A stretch of 64,000 nt of DNA from a virus. Positions 57,343 to 64,000 of this stretch are shown here, piece after piece (positions within the stretch are counted from its first letter, which is position 1; each line of letters starts with the position of its first letter). The stretch covers positions 57,017-121,016 of IMG/VR virus record IMGVR_UViG_3300015370_000011, one strand, 5' to 3'. The position numbers and the translations under genes were made by a program. The notes under the pieces are model-generated. The model was not told where the DNA came from and ran no database searches. It saw only the letters and a program-made list of their open reading frames with translations.

Positions 57343-57828
57343 TTATTTGTCATAATTTGCTTCGTTTCTGCTTCTTCGAGTTTCTGTTGCGTGGCGTATA
57401 AATTCATGTAGAGGAGCGAAGTGTTCACCATCACTATTGTATTTATGCACTTCCTCGTTCGGATCTGTATGATGTACCTGTTCAACGTATATTCCTAATT
57501 GTGGAAGTATAGTAGAAAGTTTCTCTATTAAATCTTTTTCGGTCATTTCTGTACATACATATTTGTAACAATCTCCACCACACATTGAATACGCATGTGC
57601 CCACTGAAAATCAAATGCAGTAAGTATTTGTTCTATTAACCAATCCGCTGTCCATTCAATAAAAAACCGTGGGCCGGGATCATTATTGCATTCTTTCTTA
57701 AAGTATTTTTCTAGTTTTTCCAATTCTTCTGGCAGTTTGAACTGATCAAACGCCTTTAGCGCAAACTTACCGTTGATCACCTTTAGACGAAAACCAGCAT
57801 GATCAAACTTTATGGTGTAATAGTTCAT
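57343..57828 (-). CDS. Hypothetical protein
   Basis: AGGAG RBS, in the - strand cluster. Confidence 0.55.
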   Translation of the reverse strand: MNYYTIKFDHAGFRLKVINGKFALKAFDQFKLPEELEKLEKYFKKECNNDPGPRFFIEWTADWLIEQILTAFDFQWAHAYSMCGGDCYKYVCTEMTEKDLIEKLSTILPQLGIYVEQVHHTDPNEEVHKYNSDGEHFAPLHEFIRHATETRRSRNEANYDK

Positions 57829-57873
57829 TACTTGCTCCTGTTTGTTGTGGGTTTGCTATACTAATCACTGTTA

Positions 57874-58089
57874 TTACCACAATGCAGGGTTCATTTCTCT
57901 AGCCACTTCTGCATCGACGGATCTTTTTATTTTTGTATATGCCTCTGGGAAAAGATCGTACATTTTTTGCACCCAACGTTGGTCTTTAGCAGAAAGCCGT
58001 TTTCCATACTTAGCATCTTTTTGTAGTCTGCGTAGTCGTATTTCCTGTTCTGGCAGTATGTCTATGTGTCTGTTTCCTGCCGCGTTCAT
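57874..58089 (-). CDS. Small hypothetical protein
   Basis: Tightly packed - strand cluster. Confidence 0.5.
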   Translation of the reverse strand: MNAAGNRHIDILPEQEIRLRRLQKDAKYGKRLSAKDQRWVQKMYDLFPEAYTKIKRSVDAEVAREMNPALW

Positions 58090-58093
58090 TTTG

Positions 58094-58306
58094 TTATACT
58101 TTTTTCAGATTAGAAATTAGATTTTCGACCCACCGGCGCACGTCTGCTTGCCATTCGTTGTCTGGTTGTCTGGTTAGCCAGCCATGTACTTTTTCTATAG
58201 CATTAATACCTACGGCTAAGCCCCTTTGATAGCTTTCTTCTTCTAGTTCTGCAATGGCTTTTATCAGATTATCTCGCTCAGGTATTAGTATATTCCTCCA
58301 TACCAT
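58094..58306 (-). CDS. Small hypothetical protein
   Basis: TAATG-coupled to the upstream ORF. Confidence 0.5.
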   Translation of the reverse strand: MVWRNILIPERDNLIKAIAELEEESYQRGLAVGINAIEKVHGWLTRQPDNEWQADVRRWVENLISNLKKV

Positions 58307-58584
58307 TAGATTGTCCTTTCAACTATGTATTTCTCTTTCAACCAACCATCAAAATCGTCATGTTGTTCCTGACTGGCTCCATTGCTTCTCAATTGTTTTA
58401 CTTTTTCTAGTGATAGTTTCCTATCCTCTGCCCACGTGCGCCAAGCATTAGGAATCCAAAGTGTAAAACCAGTCATTATGCCGCCTGGATATTCTATATC
58501 ATCGTGTGCCATTTGTTCAGCCGGCGACCGTCCTTGCGAAGCTGCATAAGCAACATAGCGAGGATTGGTGTACTCAGGATTCAT
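58306..58584 (-). CDS. Small phage protein
   Basis: AGGAG RBS; NPRYVAYA..QGR.P....D...YPGG.M.GF.LWI. Confidence 0.6.
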   Translation of the reverse strand: MNPEYTNPRYVAYAASQGRSPAEQMAHDDIEYPGGIMTGFTLWIPNAWRTWAEDRKLSLEKVKQLRSNGASQEQHDDFDGWLKEKYIVERTI

Positions 58585-58603
58585 TTAGAACACTCTCCTG
58601 TAT

Positions 58604-59359
58604 TTACTTGCCTATGAATCCATGTTCTTTGGCTAGTCGTTTGTAGAACGCAAACAAATACCACCTATACGCTCTGCGCCACCATTCTTCACTTGCCCAT
58701 TTTCTTGTGTTTAGAGCATGCTCAAATTCGTGTGTTATCTCTGATTTCCAATCTTTTTTCAGCGCTCTTTGGAACTTTTTGATGCAATATAGTAGCATGT
58801 GAATCCCAGATTGGTAAAGGATCCAAGAGATGTCACAGTTCTTATCTCTTTTCCAAATCCGCAGATGGCGTTTGCGCTTCAGAATTTCCCCATCTTTATT
58901 GGATTTGTATGTAAAATAAACCTCGAATTTCCATCCCCAGATCTTAAGTAGTGTGTAATTTTCGTCTTTTTTTGATACCTCTACATTCAACTCGCGTTGG
59001 AAGCTCCCAAATGGGGCGCTGTTTTTGTCAATGAAGATGTTATTGTCGATCATCTTGTATAGTTTATGGGGAGACCTGTCGTAATATTCCCCGTCTTCAT
59101 TCCAAACAACCCAAAGTTTCTTGGTCAGACAATTTGGGTTGGAGCATTCGTAAACGCGCTTCATTGATACGGGTGCGCAACAAACGTGTTCCTCCAAAGT
59201 TTCCAAACGTGCGGCACCTGTAACTACCAACGCACTTTTGCAACGCGGGCAAAGCATAGAAAGGCGCGCTACTTCTTGGCCCACGCGGTTATCCATGCGT
59301 TCAATTTGTTTTTTGTTGAAATGCTTATTTTTTACATTCGCCCATGAGTACGTTTTCAT
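58604..59359 (-). CDS. Zn-ribbon-containing hypothetical protein
   Basis: AGGAGG RBS before ATG 59359 (MKTYSW); CPRC...EHVC...C.NPNC. Confidence 0.6.
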   Translation of the reverse strand: MKTYSWANVKNKHFNKKQIERMDNRVGQEVARLSMLCPRCKSALVVTGAARLETLEEHVCCAPVSMKRVYECSNPNCLTKKLWVVWNEDGEYYDRSPHKLYKMIDNNIFIDKNSAPFGSFQRELNVEVSKKDENYTLLKIWGWKFEVYFTYKSNKDGEILKRKRHLRIWKRDKNCDISWILYQSGIHMLLYCIKKFQRALKKDWKSEITHEFEHALNTRKWASEEWWRRAYRWYLFAFYKRLAKEHGFIGK

Positions 59360-59372
59360 CAGATCCTCCTTT

Positions 59373-59762
59373 TTAAATATCCTGATTAATACATGCTGTA
59401 CAAATTGCGGTATATTCTGCTTGTTCAATAACGCCTTCTGGTGACATTTTGTAGCTGCCACATCTGCGGCAGATGGTATATGCGTAAGTGCCATTCATTT
59501 TATCTTTTGTCTCTTGTAACAGTGTTTCAACCGTTTTTAGTTGTGCTAAGAATGTGCGTGCTTGACACGGGGGACAGTTTCCACACTCGTAGTACCCTAC
59601 TTCGAAGTAAGGATGATATCCTTGTTCAAATGCTTCTTCATGCTCTTCCACGAACCCATCATATTTCTCTTTTAGTGCGTCATACCCAAGATCTCGTACA
59701 AATGTGCAATTCAACTTCGCCAGAACCTTTGCCCATTTTTCAAAATCAGCTTGGATATTCAT
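59373..59762 (-). CDS. Cys-rich hypothetical protein
   Basis: GGAGG RBS; CGNCPPC, CRRC, CTAC. Confidence 0.55.
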   Translation of the reverse strand: MNIQADFEKWAKVLAKLNCTFVRDLGYDALKEKYDGFVEEHEEAFEQGYHPYFEVGYYECGNCPPCQARTFLAQLKTVETLLQETKDKMNGTYAYTICRRCGSYKMSPEGVIEQAEYTAICTACINQDI

Positions 59763-59767
59763 GGTAT

Positions 59768-59974
59768 TTATCCTCCAAATATTTGATGTTCAAGCCAAGC
59801 AACACTGTACCCAAATAAGAACCCGAAAAGACAAACCCATAAAAAGCCTGGGATTATTAAAATGGGGCGAGTTAGCACTGCTGGTACAAGCACCCCTGAT
59901 AGTCCAAATAAAAGCACAAAGAAGATAAGCCATGCAGATATGTAGTATAGTTGTTTGAGCATGATCATCACCAC
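59768..59974 (-). CDS. Small two-TM membrane protein
   Basis: Two hydrophobic segments; fits the operon packing. Confidence 0.5.
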   Translation of the reverse strand: MVMIMLKQLYYISAWLIFFVLLFGLSGVLVPAVLTRPILIIPGFLWVCLFGFLFGYSVAWLEHQIFGG

Positions 59975-60099
59975 TCCCCAGGGCCGTGCTCAGCCAGCAG
60001 AAAGACATGCAGCGGAATACCCCCACCGCCTTCCGCAGCGTCTTAAAGGACTGCTTGGTAGATTGAAGAAATAAAAAGTGGTTGCAGTTGACATCGTAT

Positions 60100-60552
60100 C
60101 TACCCTCTATTCTTCAGCATCCGTGCTGCCTCGGCTTTAGCCCAAGCCCAAGCGTGTCTCTCTGGGGAAGAATTATCTATTTCATCTTGCAGCTTCTTGA
60201 TCTTAGCCTCTAATGCTTCAGCGCGGGCCTCGGCTTCGGCTTTAACGGCATCAAGCACATTCAGCCACGGGCAGTCCCCGAACCCCGAACAATCCAATTG
60301 CAATGAGCAATTATTGCAGTCTATTATTTTCCCTCCATCATCTTGGCGCGGCCGTCTTGTATTACTCTGGTACATTTCTTGTGCTACGGAATCTTTAATC
60401 TGCTCAGCAAGTGATTCTATATCCCGCACCGTGAGGTTGCATAAATCTAATGCGTTATTTGTACCCGGCACCGCTTTGGACCCGTCGCGCGCCTTGCTTT
60501 GAATCCATTCACGAGCAACACCTAGCCACTGATATGCTTCAGGCATTGTCAT
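60100..60552 (-). CDS. Hypothetical protein
   Basis: GGAGG RBS; AREWIQ.K...G..., CNNC...C...C, coiled coil. Confidence 0.55.
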   Translation of the reverse strand: MTMPEAYQWLGVAREWIQSKARDGSKAVPGTNNALDLCNLTVRDIESLAEQIKDSVAQEMYQSNTRRPRQDDGGKIIDCNNCSLQLDCSGFGDCPWLNVLDAVKAEAEARAEALEAKIKKLQDEIDNSSPERHAWAWAKAEAARMLKNRG

Positions 60553-61291
60553 AACAGCCTCCCAGTTTCTTTTGGATTTCTTGCGGTAAAGTATTGCATT
60601 TATTTATGTTAATTGATTCGTAATACGCTGACTTATCTATTTGGTTGCCGTGCGCTTGCTCCCAATGAGGAACGAACCACAGATGCGGACGCTTTTGCCA
60701 GGTTGGTAAAAATGTTCCATACTTTCTCATTTTGAGCAACCTGGATTTCAGTCCCTCTCTGCCGTCTGCATACCCGATATTTATACATTCTTGTGAATCG
60801 GGCAATGGTTCCCATCCTCCGGAGGAAACAAAATCGTATTTGCTCAGCTTATCATTTTCTATTTGAAAAGTGTTAGGTAGCCAATTATAATAAACACTGC
60901 AATGGTTTACTACTGTCTCGTTGTTGTACTCATAGGTAAACGTATCAAATACTAGTAATACCCCATCGTACCAACATATACAAAAATGGTCTTTTCCATT
61001 CGGGTTTTTGATGTCTAAAATAATTTCGAATTTTAGCTCTTTGATTATTGGCATGAACTCATTCAGTGGCATGCCATAGTAAGTATCGTTTTGTGCTTTC
61101 AACACCTCGCGTTTGCAAGCGGAGTGTATCATGTGCAAAGAGAAGCCCAATCGTGCCGTCGCGTCATCTTCCTTATACGATTTGCCAGTACTATTCTCTG
61201 CTTCTTGGAGTGCATCGTAACGTAACAGTCTGTCAAAATCTTCTATTGGCATGGTTTTCTTCCTATCGGATCCTTTGAATCCTATTCTCAA
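60539..61291 (-). CDS. Hypothetical protein
   Basis: 250 aa; true start probably at the MPIEDF codon. Confidence 0.6.
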   Translation of the reverse strand: MRIGFKGSDRKKTMPIEDFDRLLRYDALQEAENSTGKSYKEDDATARLGFSLHMIHSACKREVLKAQNDTYYGMPLNEFMPIIKELKFEIILDIKNPNGKDHFCICWYDGVLLVFDTFTYEYNNETVVNHCSVYYNWLPNTFQIENDKLSKYDFVSSGGWEPLPDSQECINIGYADGREGLKSRLLKMRKYGTFLPTWQKRPHLWFVPHWEQAHGNQIDKSAYYESININKCNTLPQEIQKKLGGCYDNA

Positions 61292-61535
61292 TTTGTTTTA
61301 CATCTTCTGTAACGTGGTAGGAAAATACCCGAATCATTTCTAACATCCAGGCATTCTTCTTTATTAGTTCCCCACCGAAGATCGAATGCATCTTTTCAAT
61401 TCTACCCATTTCATCTTGAAAGCGCTCAGCCGCCTTTTCTAGGTTATACGCAAGCTTGTATAGCCCGTTTAGCCGCCGTCTGAGTGGCCTATCCTCATCC
61501 AATGCTGGGTGTTCTTCATCAAATTCGTTTGACAT
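61263..61535 (-). CDS. Small hypothetical protein, first gene of the leftward operon
   Basis: GGAG RBS downstream of the leftward promoter. Confidence 0.55.
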   Translation of the reverse strand: MSNEFDEEHPALDEDRPLRRRLNGLYKLAYNLEKAAERFQDEMGRIEKMHSIFGGELIKKNAWMLEMIRVFSYHVTEDVKQIENRIQRIR

Positions 61536-61555
61536 CTAATTACTCTCCACAATCT

Positions 61556-61619
61556 AGTATACCCGTGGGGGACCCGTTGTCAAGAAAGATTTTGACTAAT
61601 TCGTGTTTTTGGGTATACT
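61556..61619. promoter_or_regulatory. Back-to-back divergent promoters
   Basis: - strand TTGACA(61583)-16-TATACT; + strand TTGACT(61592)-16-TATACT; both have GGG just before the -10 box. Confidence 0.75.
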
Positions 61620-61635
61620 AGCACATGGAGGGTAT

Positions 61636-63537
61636 ATGGAAAAGGATTCTAGAATTTTGAAGCTAGAGGTACTGCTTAGGGCAGCACAGGAAGCATACTA
61701 TAATGGGACACCCGTTATCTCGGATGCCCATTATGATGCCTTAGCAGATGAACTACGTACACTAGACCCAACAAATCAAATGCTTACTGTGATTGGCGCT
61801 TCCCCCCCGGATGGTCTGCCTAAGGTGAAACATCAAATTCAGATGGGAAGTCAATCAAAAGTCAATACAGAACAAGAATTTAGACTTTGGGCAGAAAAAG
61901 TTCGAGCAAAAAAATTCGTTGTCCAAGAGAAATTAGACGGATTGTCTGTAGAATTAGTGTACGAAGGGGGGGATTTGGTACAGGCAATTACTCGGGGTGA
62001 CGGTGCTGTGGGATCAAATATTACACACCAAGCGAAATTAATGCAAAATATTCCACACAAATTGAGCACGGGGTACACAGGTAGCCTCCGGGGGGAGTTG
62101 CTGATTACTAAAGAGGAATTTAAGAAGCATTTGTCTACTGAATATAAAGTAGCGAGAAACGCGGCTTCTGGCATTGCGCAGCGGATAGACCCCTCCGATA
62201 ATGCTAAGTATTTGATGTGTATCATCTATGATTGCACAAATGCTGAGTTGAAAACAGAAGCGGAAAAGCTAAAATTTATACAGGATTTAGGATTTTTTGC
62301 TGTTCCTACTCATACGGTGGGTGTAGAGAATGCCGTTGAATGGTATACCCATTATCAAGAAGAATATCGTGATCAACTATCGTATGAAATCGATGGATTG
62401 ATTATTAAAGTAAACGATCTAGAGCAACAAAAAGATTTGGGGGATCTGCACGGAAGACCCAAAGGACAAATCGCCTGGAAATTCGCTGCGGAAATGCGGG
62501 AGACTAAGCTAACGCGGATAGCGTGGGATATGGGTCTGACAGGGCGATTGACTCCTGTGGCGATCCTTGAACCGGTCATTATCAACGGGGTGGAAATACG
62601 AAGGGCGTCTTTGCATACATGGTCAAATATTAAGAAGTTGGGCCTCGAACATCTAAATGACGTTGTGTTAGTTAGCAGAAGGAACGACGTGATTCCCCAG
62701 GTAGAAAGTGTAGTTAGACATTCAAATGGAAAACAAATAGTAATTGTCGATGCCTGCCCTGTTTGCAAGGCTGACCCAGCATTTGAGGGTGAATTTTTGG
62801 TCTGTCCAAATCCGGATTGCCCAGCAAAAACGAGCGGGGACATAAAGAAGTGGATCAAGGTCCTAGAAATAGATGAAGTGGGCGATTGGTTCATTACTTC
62901 AGCTTTAGAAGCGGGTTTAATTCGAGATCCTGCTGATATTTATACCATAACACGAGAACAGGTAGCTTGCCTAGAAGGATTTGGGGAAGCTAGCGCGGAC
63001 ATTGTTGTTACGCAGATTCAAAAGCACACAGATCTTAATCTTGCACAATTCTTCGCTGCTTTGAATATTCCTAACGCGAGTACATCAACCTTCGAATCTT
63101 TGTACAAAGCTGGTTTTACTTCTGTTTCTAGTGTGTTGGAGGCTACCACACTTGAAATGCTTGATGTGCCGGGAATAGGAAAAGTCACAGCAGAAGCAAT
63201 TTACAGGGGTGTGCGTTCAAAAGCAAATTTGATTCAGAAATTACTTACAGTTGTGACAATTAAACAACCAATTGAGGGTTGCTTATCCGGAAAATCCTTT
63301 TGTTTTACTGGTGAAATATCCATTAAGCGACCGTTAGCGCAACAGTTAGTTAGGGATTTGGGCGGCGAAATCAAAACGGGTGTAAGCAAGGGTCTGAATT
63401 ATTTGGTACAGGCTGATTCAACATCTATGTCTAATAAGGCGCAGAAAGCAAGAAAATACGGGACTGCTGTTATCGGTGAAGAAGAATTCTTCGAATTGGT
63501 AAATTTTTCTCCTGTAAAAAGCATTCTAAAAAAGTAA
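61636..63537 (+). CDS. ligA: NAD-dependent DNA ligase
   Basis: YY.G.P.ISD..YD (Ia), EKLDG, TRGDG, RGE, RNAASG, IDG.IIK, AWKF, G.TG.LTPVA, CPVC..CPN..C, HhH and BRCT domains. Confidence 0.96.
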   Translation: MEKDSRILKLEVLLRAAQEAYYNGTPVISDAHYDALADELRTLDPTNQMLTVIGASPPDGLPKVKHQIQMGSQSKVNTEQEFRLWAEKVRAKKFVVQEKLDGLSVELVYEGGDLVQAITRGDGAVGSNITHQAKLMQNIPHKLSTGYTGSLRGELLITKEEFKKHLSTEYKVARNAASGIAQRIDPSDNAKYLMCIIYDCTNAELKTEAEKLKFIQDLGFFAVPTHTVGVENAVEWYTHYQEEYRDQLSYEIDGLIIKVNDLEQQKDLGDLHGRPKGQIAWKFAAEMRETKLTRIAWDMGLTGRLTPVAILEPVIINGVEIRRASLHTWSNIKKLGLEHLNDVVLVSRRNDVIPQVESVVRHSNGKQIVIVDACPVCKADPAFEGEFLVCPNPDCPAKTSGDIKKWIKVLEIDEVGDWFITSALEAGLIRDPADIYTITREQVACLEGFGEASADIVVTQIQKHTDLNLAQFFAALNIPNASTSTFESLYKAGFTSVSSVLEATTLEMLDVPGIGKVTAEAIYRGVRSKANLIQKLLTVVTIKQPIEGCLSGKSFCFTGEISIKRPLAQQLVRDLGGEIKTGVSKGLNYLVQADSTSMSNKAQKARKYGTAVIGEEEFFELVNFSPVKSILKK

Positions 63538-63540
63538 TGC

Positions 63541-63568
63541 TTGACTATGTGTCAATTCTAGGTATATT
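63541..63568 (+). promoter_or_regulatory. Sigma70-type promoter
   Basis: TTGACT-16-TATATT followed by AGGAGG. Confidence 0.65.
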
Positions 63569-63586
63569 GGTAAGAGGAGGCCATGC

Positions 63587-64000
63587 ATGAACCTAAAACT
63601 CGTATCGGCAGAGTGGACCGGCGTACACAAAAAGGCCCGTAAGGACGTGACCTACGCCGTGGGCCAGACGACGATGGCTCCAGACTGGGATCTGGCTCCC
63701 GAATGTGGAGGTGGCATCCACTACGCGGAGGAACCCGACGACTATATGCCTGATCGGGTTCCCAACGCCCGCTTGATCGAAGTCGAACCGGTGGGGGAAA
63801 CCGTCAGGATAGACAATGGCAAGTCCAAGGCCCAGGGCGTCTGCGTGATTCGAGAGATCACCCGGATTCCCACACCGGAGGAGGAACCGGATGCGGAGGT
63901 TCGGCAGCGGGTAGCCAAGTGCATCCCCACCGAAAGGCTGGACCGCCTACTGACCCCCGCTGAGGAACCGGATGAGGGTGTTCGGTGGCGGGTAGCCAAG
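63587..64000 (+). CDS. DUF7666-like plus 27-aa repeat protein (copy 2, truncated by the window edge, not in the ORF track)
   Basis: Hand translation MNLKLVSAEWTGVHKKARKDVTYAVGQTTMAPDWDLAPECGGGIHY...TPEEEPDAEVRQRVAKCIPTERLDRLLTPAEEPDEGVRWRVAK. Confidence 0.85.
   Translation, partial: MNLKLVSAEWTGVHKKARKDVTYAVGQTTMAPDWDLAPECGGGIHYAEEPDDYMPDRVPNARLIEVEPVGETVRIDNGKSKAQGVCVIREITRIPTPEEEPDAEVRQRVAKCIPTERLDRLLTPAEEPDEGVRWRVAK

Noticed and set aside
63742-63999. Tracked - strand ORF, and the many other short antisense ORFs overlapping long genes
   Set aside because: They are shadows of better-supported opposite-strand genes; here the + strand paralogue from 63587 is the real gene.
54803-64000. DGR template/variable repeat pair
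   Set aside because: Differences between the two copies are not adenine-specific and many are synonymous third-position changes. Both copies are open genes, and no reverse transcriptase is in the window.
1-64000. tRNA, rRNA or CRISPR array
   Set aside because: No T-loop/cloverleaf or regularly spaced direct repeats were seen by eye, and the Cas4-like gene has no cas neighbours. tRNAscan or a CRISPR finder would be needed to exclude them fully.
1-64000. Stop-codon reassignment
   Set aside because: Core genes are full length in code 11, and TAA, TAG and TGA all end genes at tight operon junctions.

Overview
A 64-kb segment of a large contractile-tailed (myovirus-type) dsDNA phage genome, about 40% GC by eye, standard genetic code. 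About 1-53.4 kb is an almost entirely + strand morphogenesis region. It starts with a metallopeptidase, DNA methylase, phage sigma factor, membrane/spanin-like pair, RmlA, a WYL protein and the large terminase. It continues with an intein-containing portal, amidase endolysin, Cas4-like nuclease, prohead protease, scaffold, decoration protein, major capsid, neck proteins and a free-standing LAGLIDADG endonuclease. It ends with appendage proteins, sheath, tube, a frameshifted tail chaperone, tape measure, baseplate, beta-helix proteins and a tail fibre. About 53.4-64 kb is a mostly - strand accessory/early region with a lipoprotein, Rnl2-like RNA ligase, GT9 glycosyltransferase, SH3b membrane protein, small orphans and an NAD-dependent DNA ligase. 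Two inverted, GC-rich paralogues with variable 27-aa repeats bracket 55.4-63.6 kb. The most notable observations are that repeat-protein pair, a jelly-roll/beta-helix module apparently split non-colinearly over four genes, a recurrent basic-x(x)-Ala motif in head-module proteins, a portal mini-intein with a Cys/His insert, an unannotated -1 frameshift, and a consistent promoter signature that includes two leaderless genes. No tRNA, rRNA or CRISPR array was seen. All family assignments come from motif recognition by eye, not database searches.
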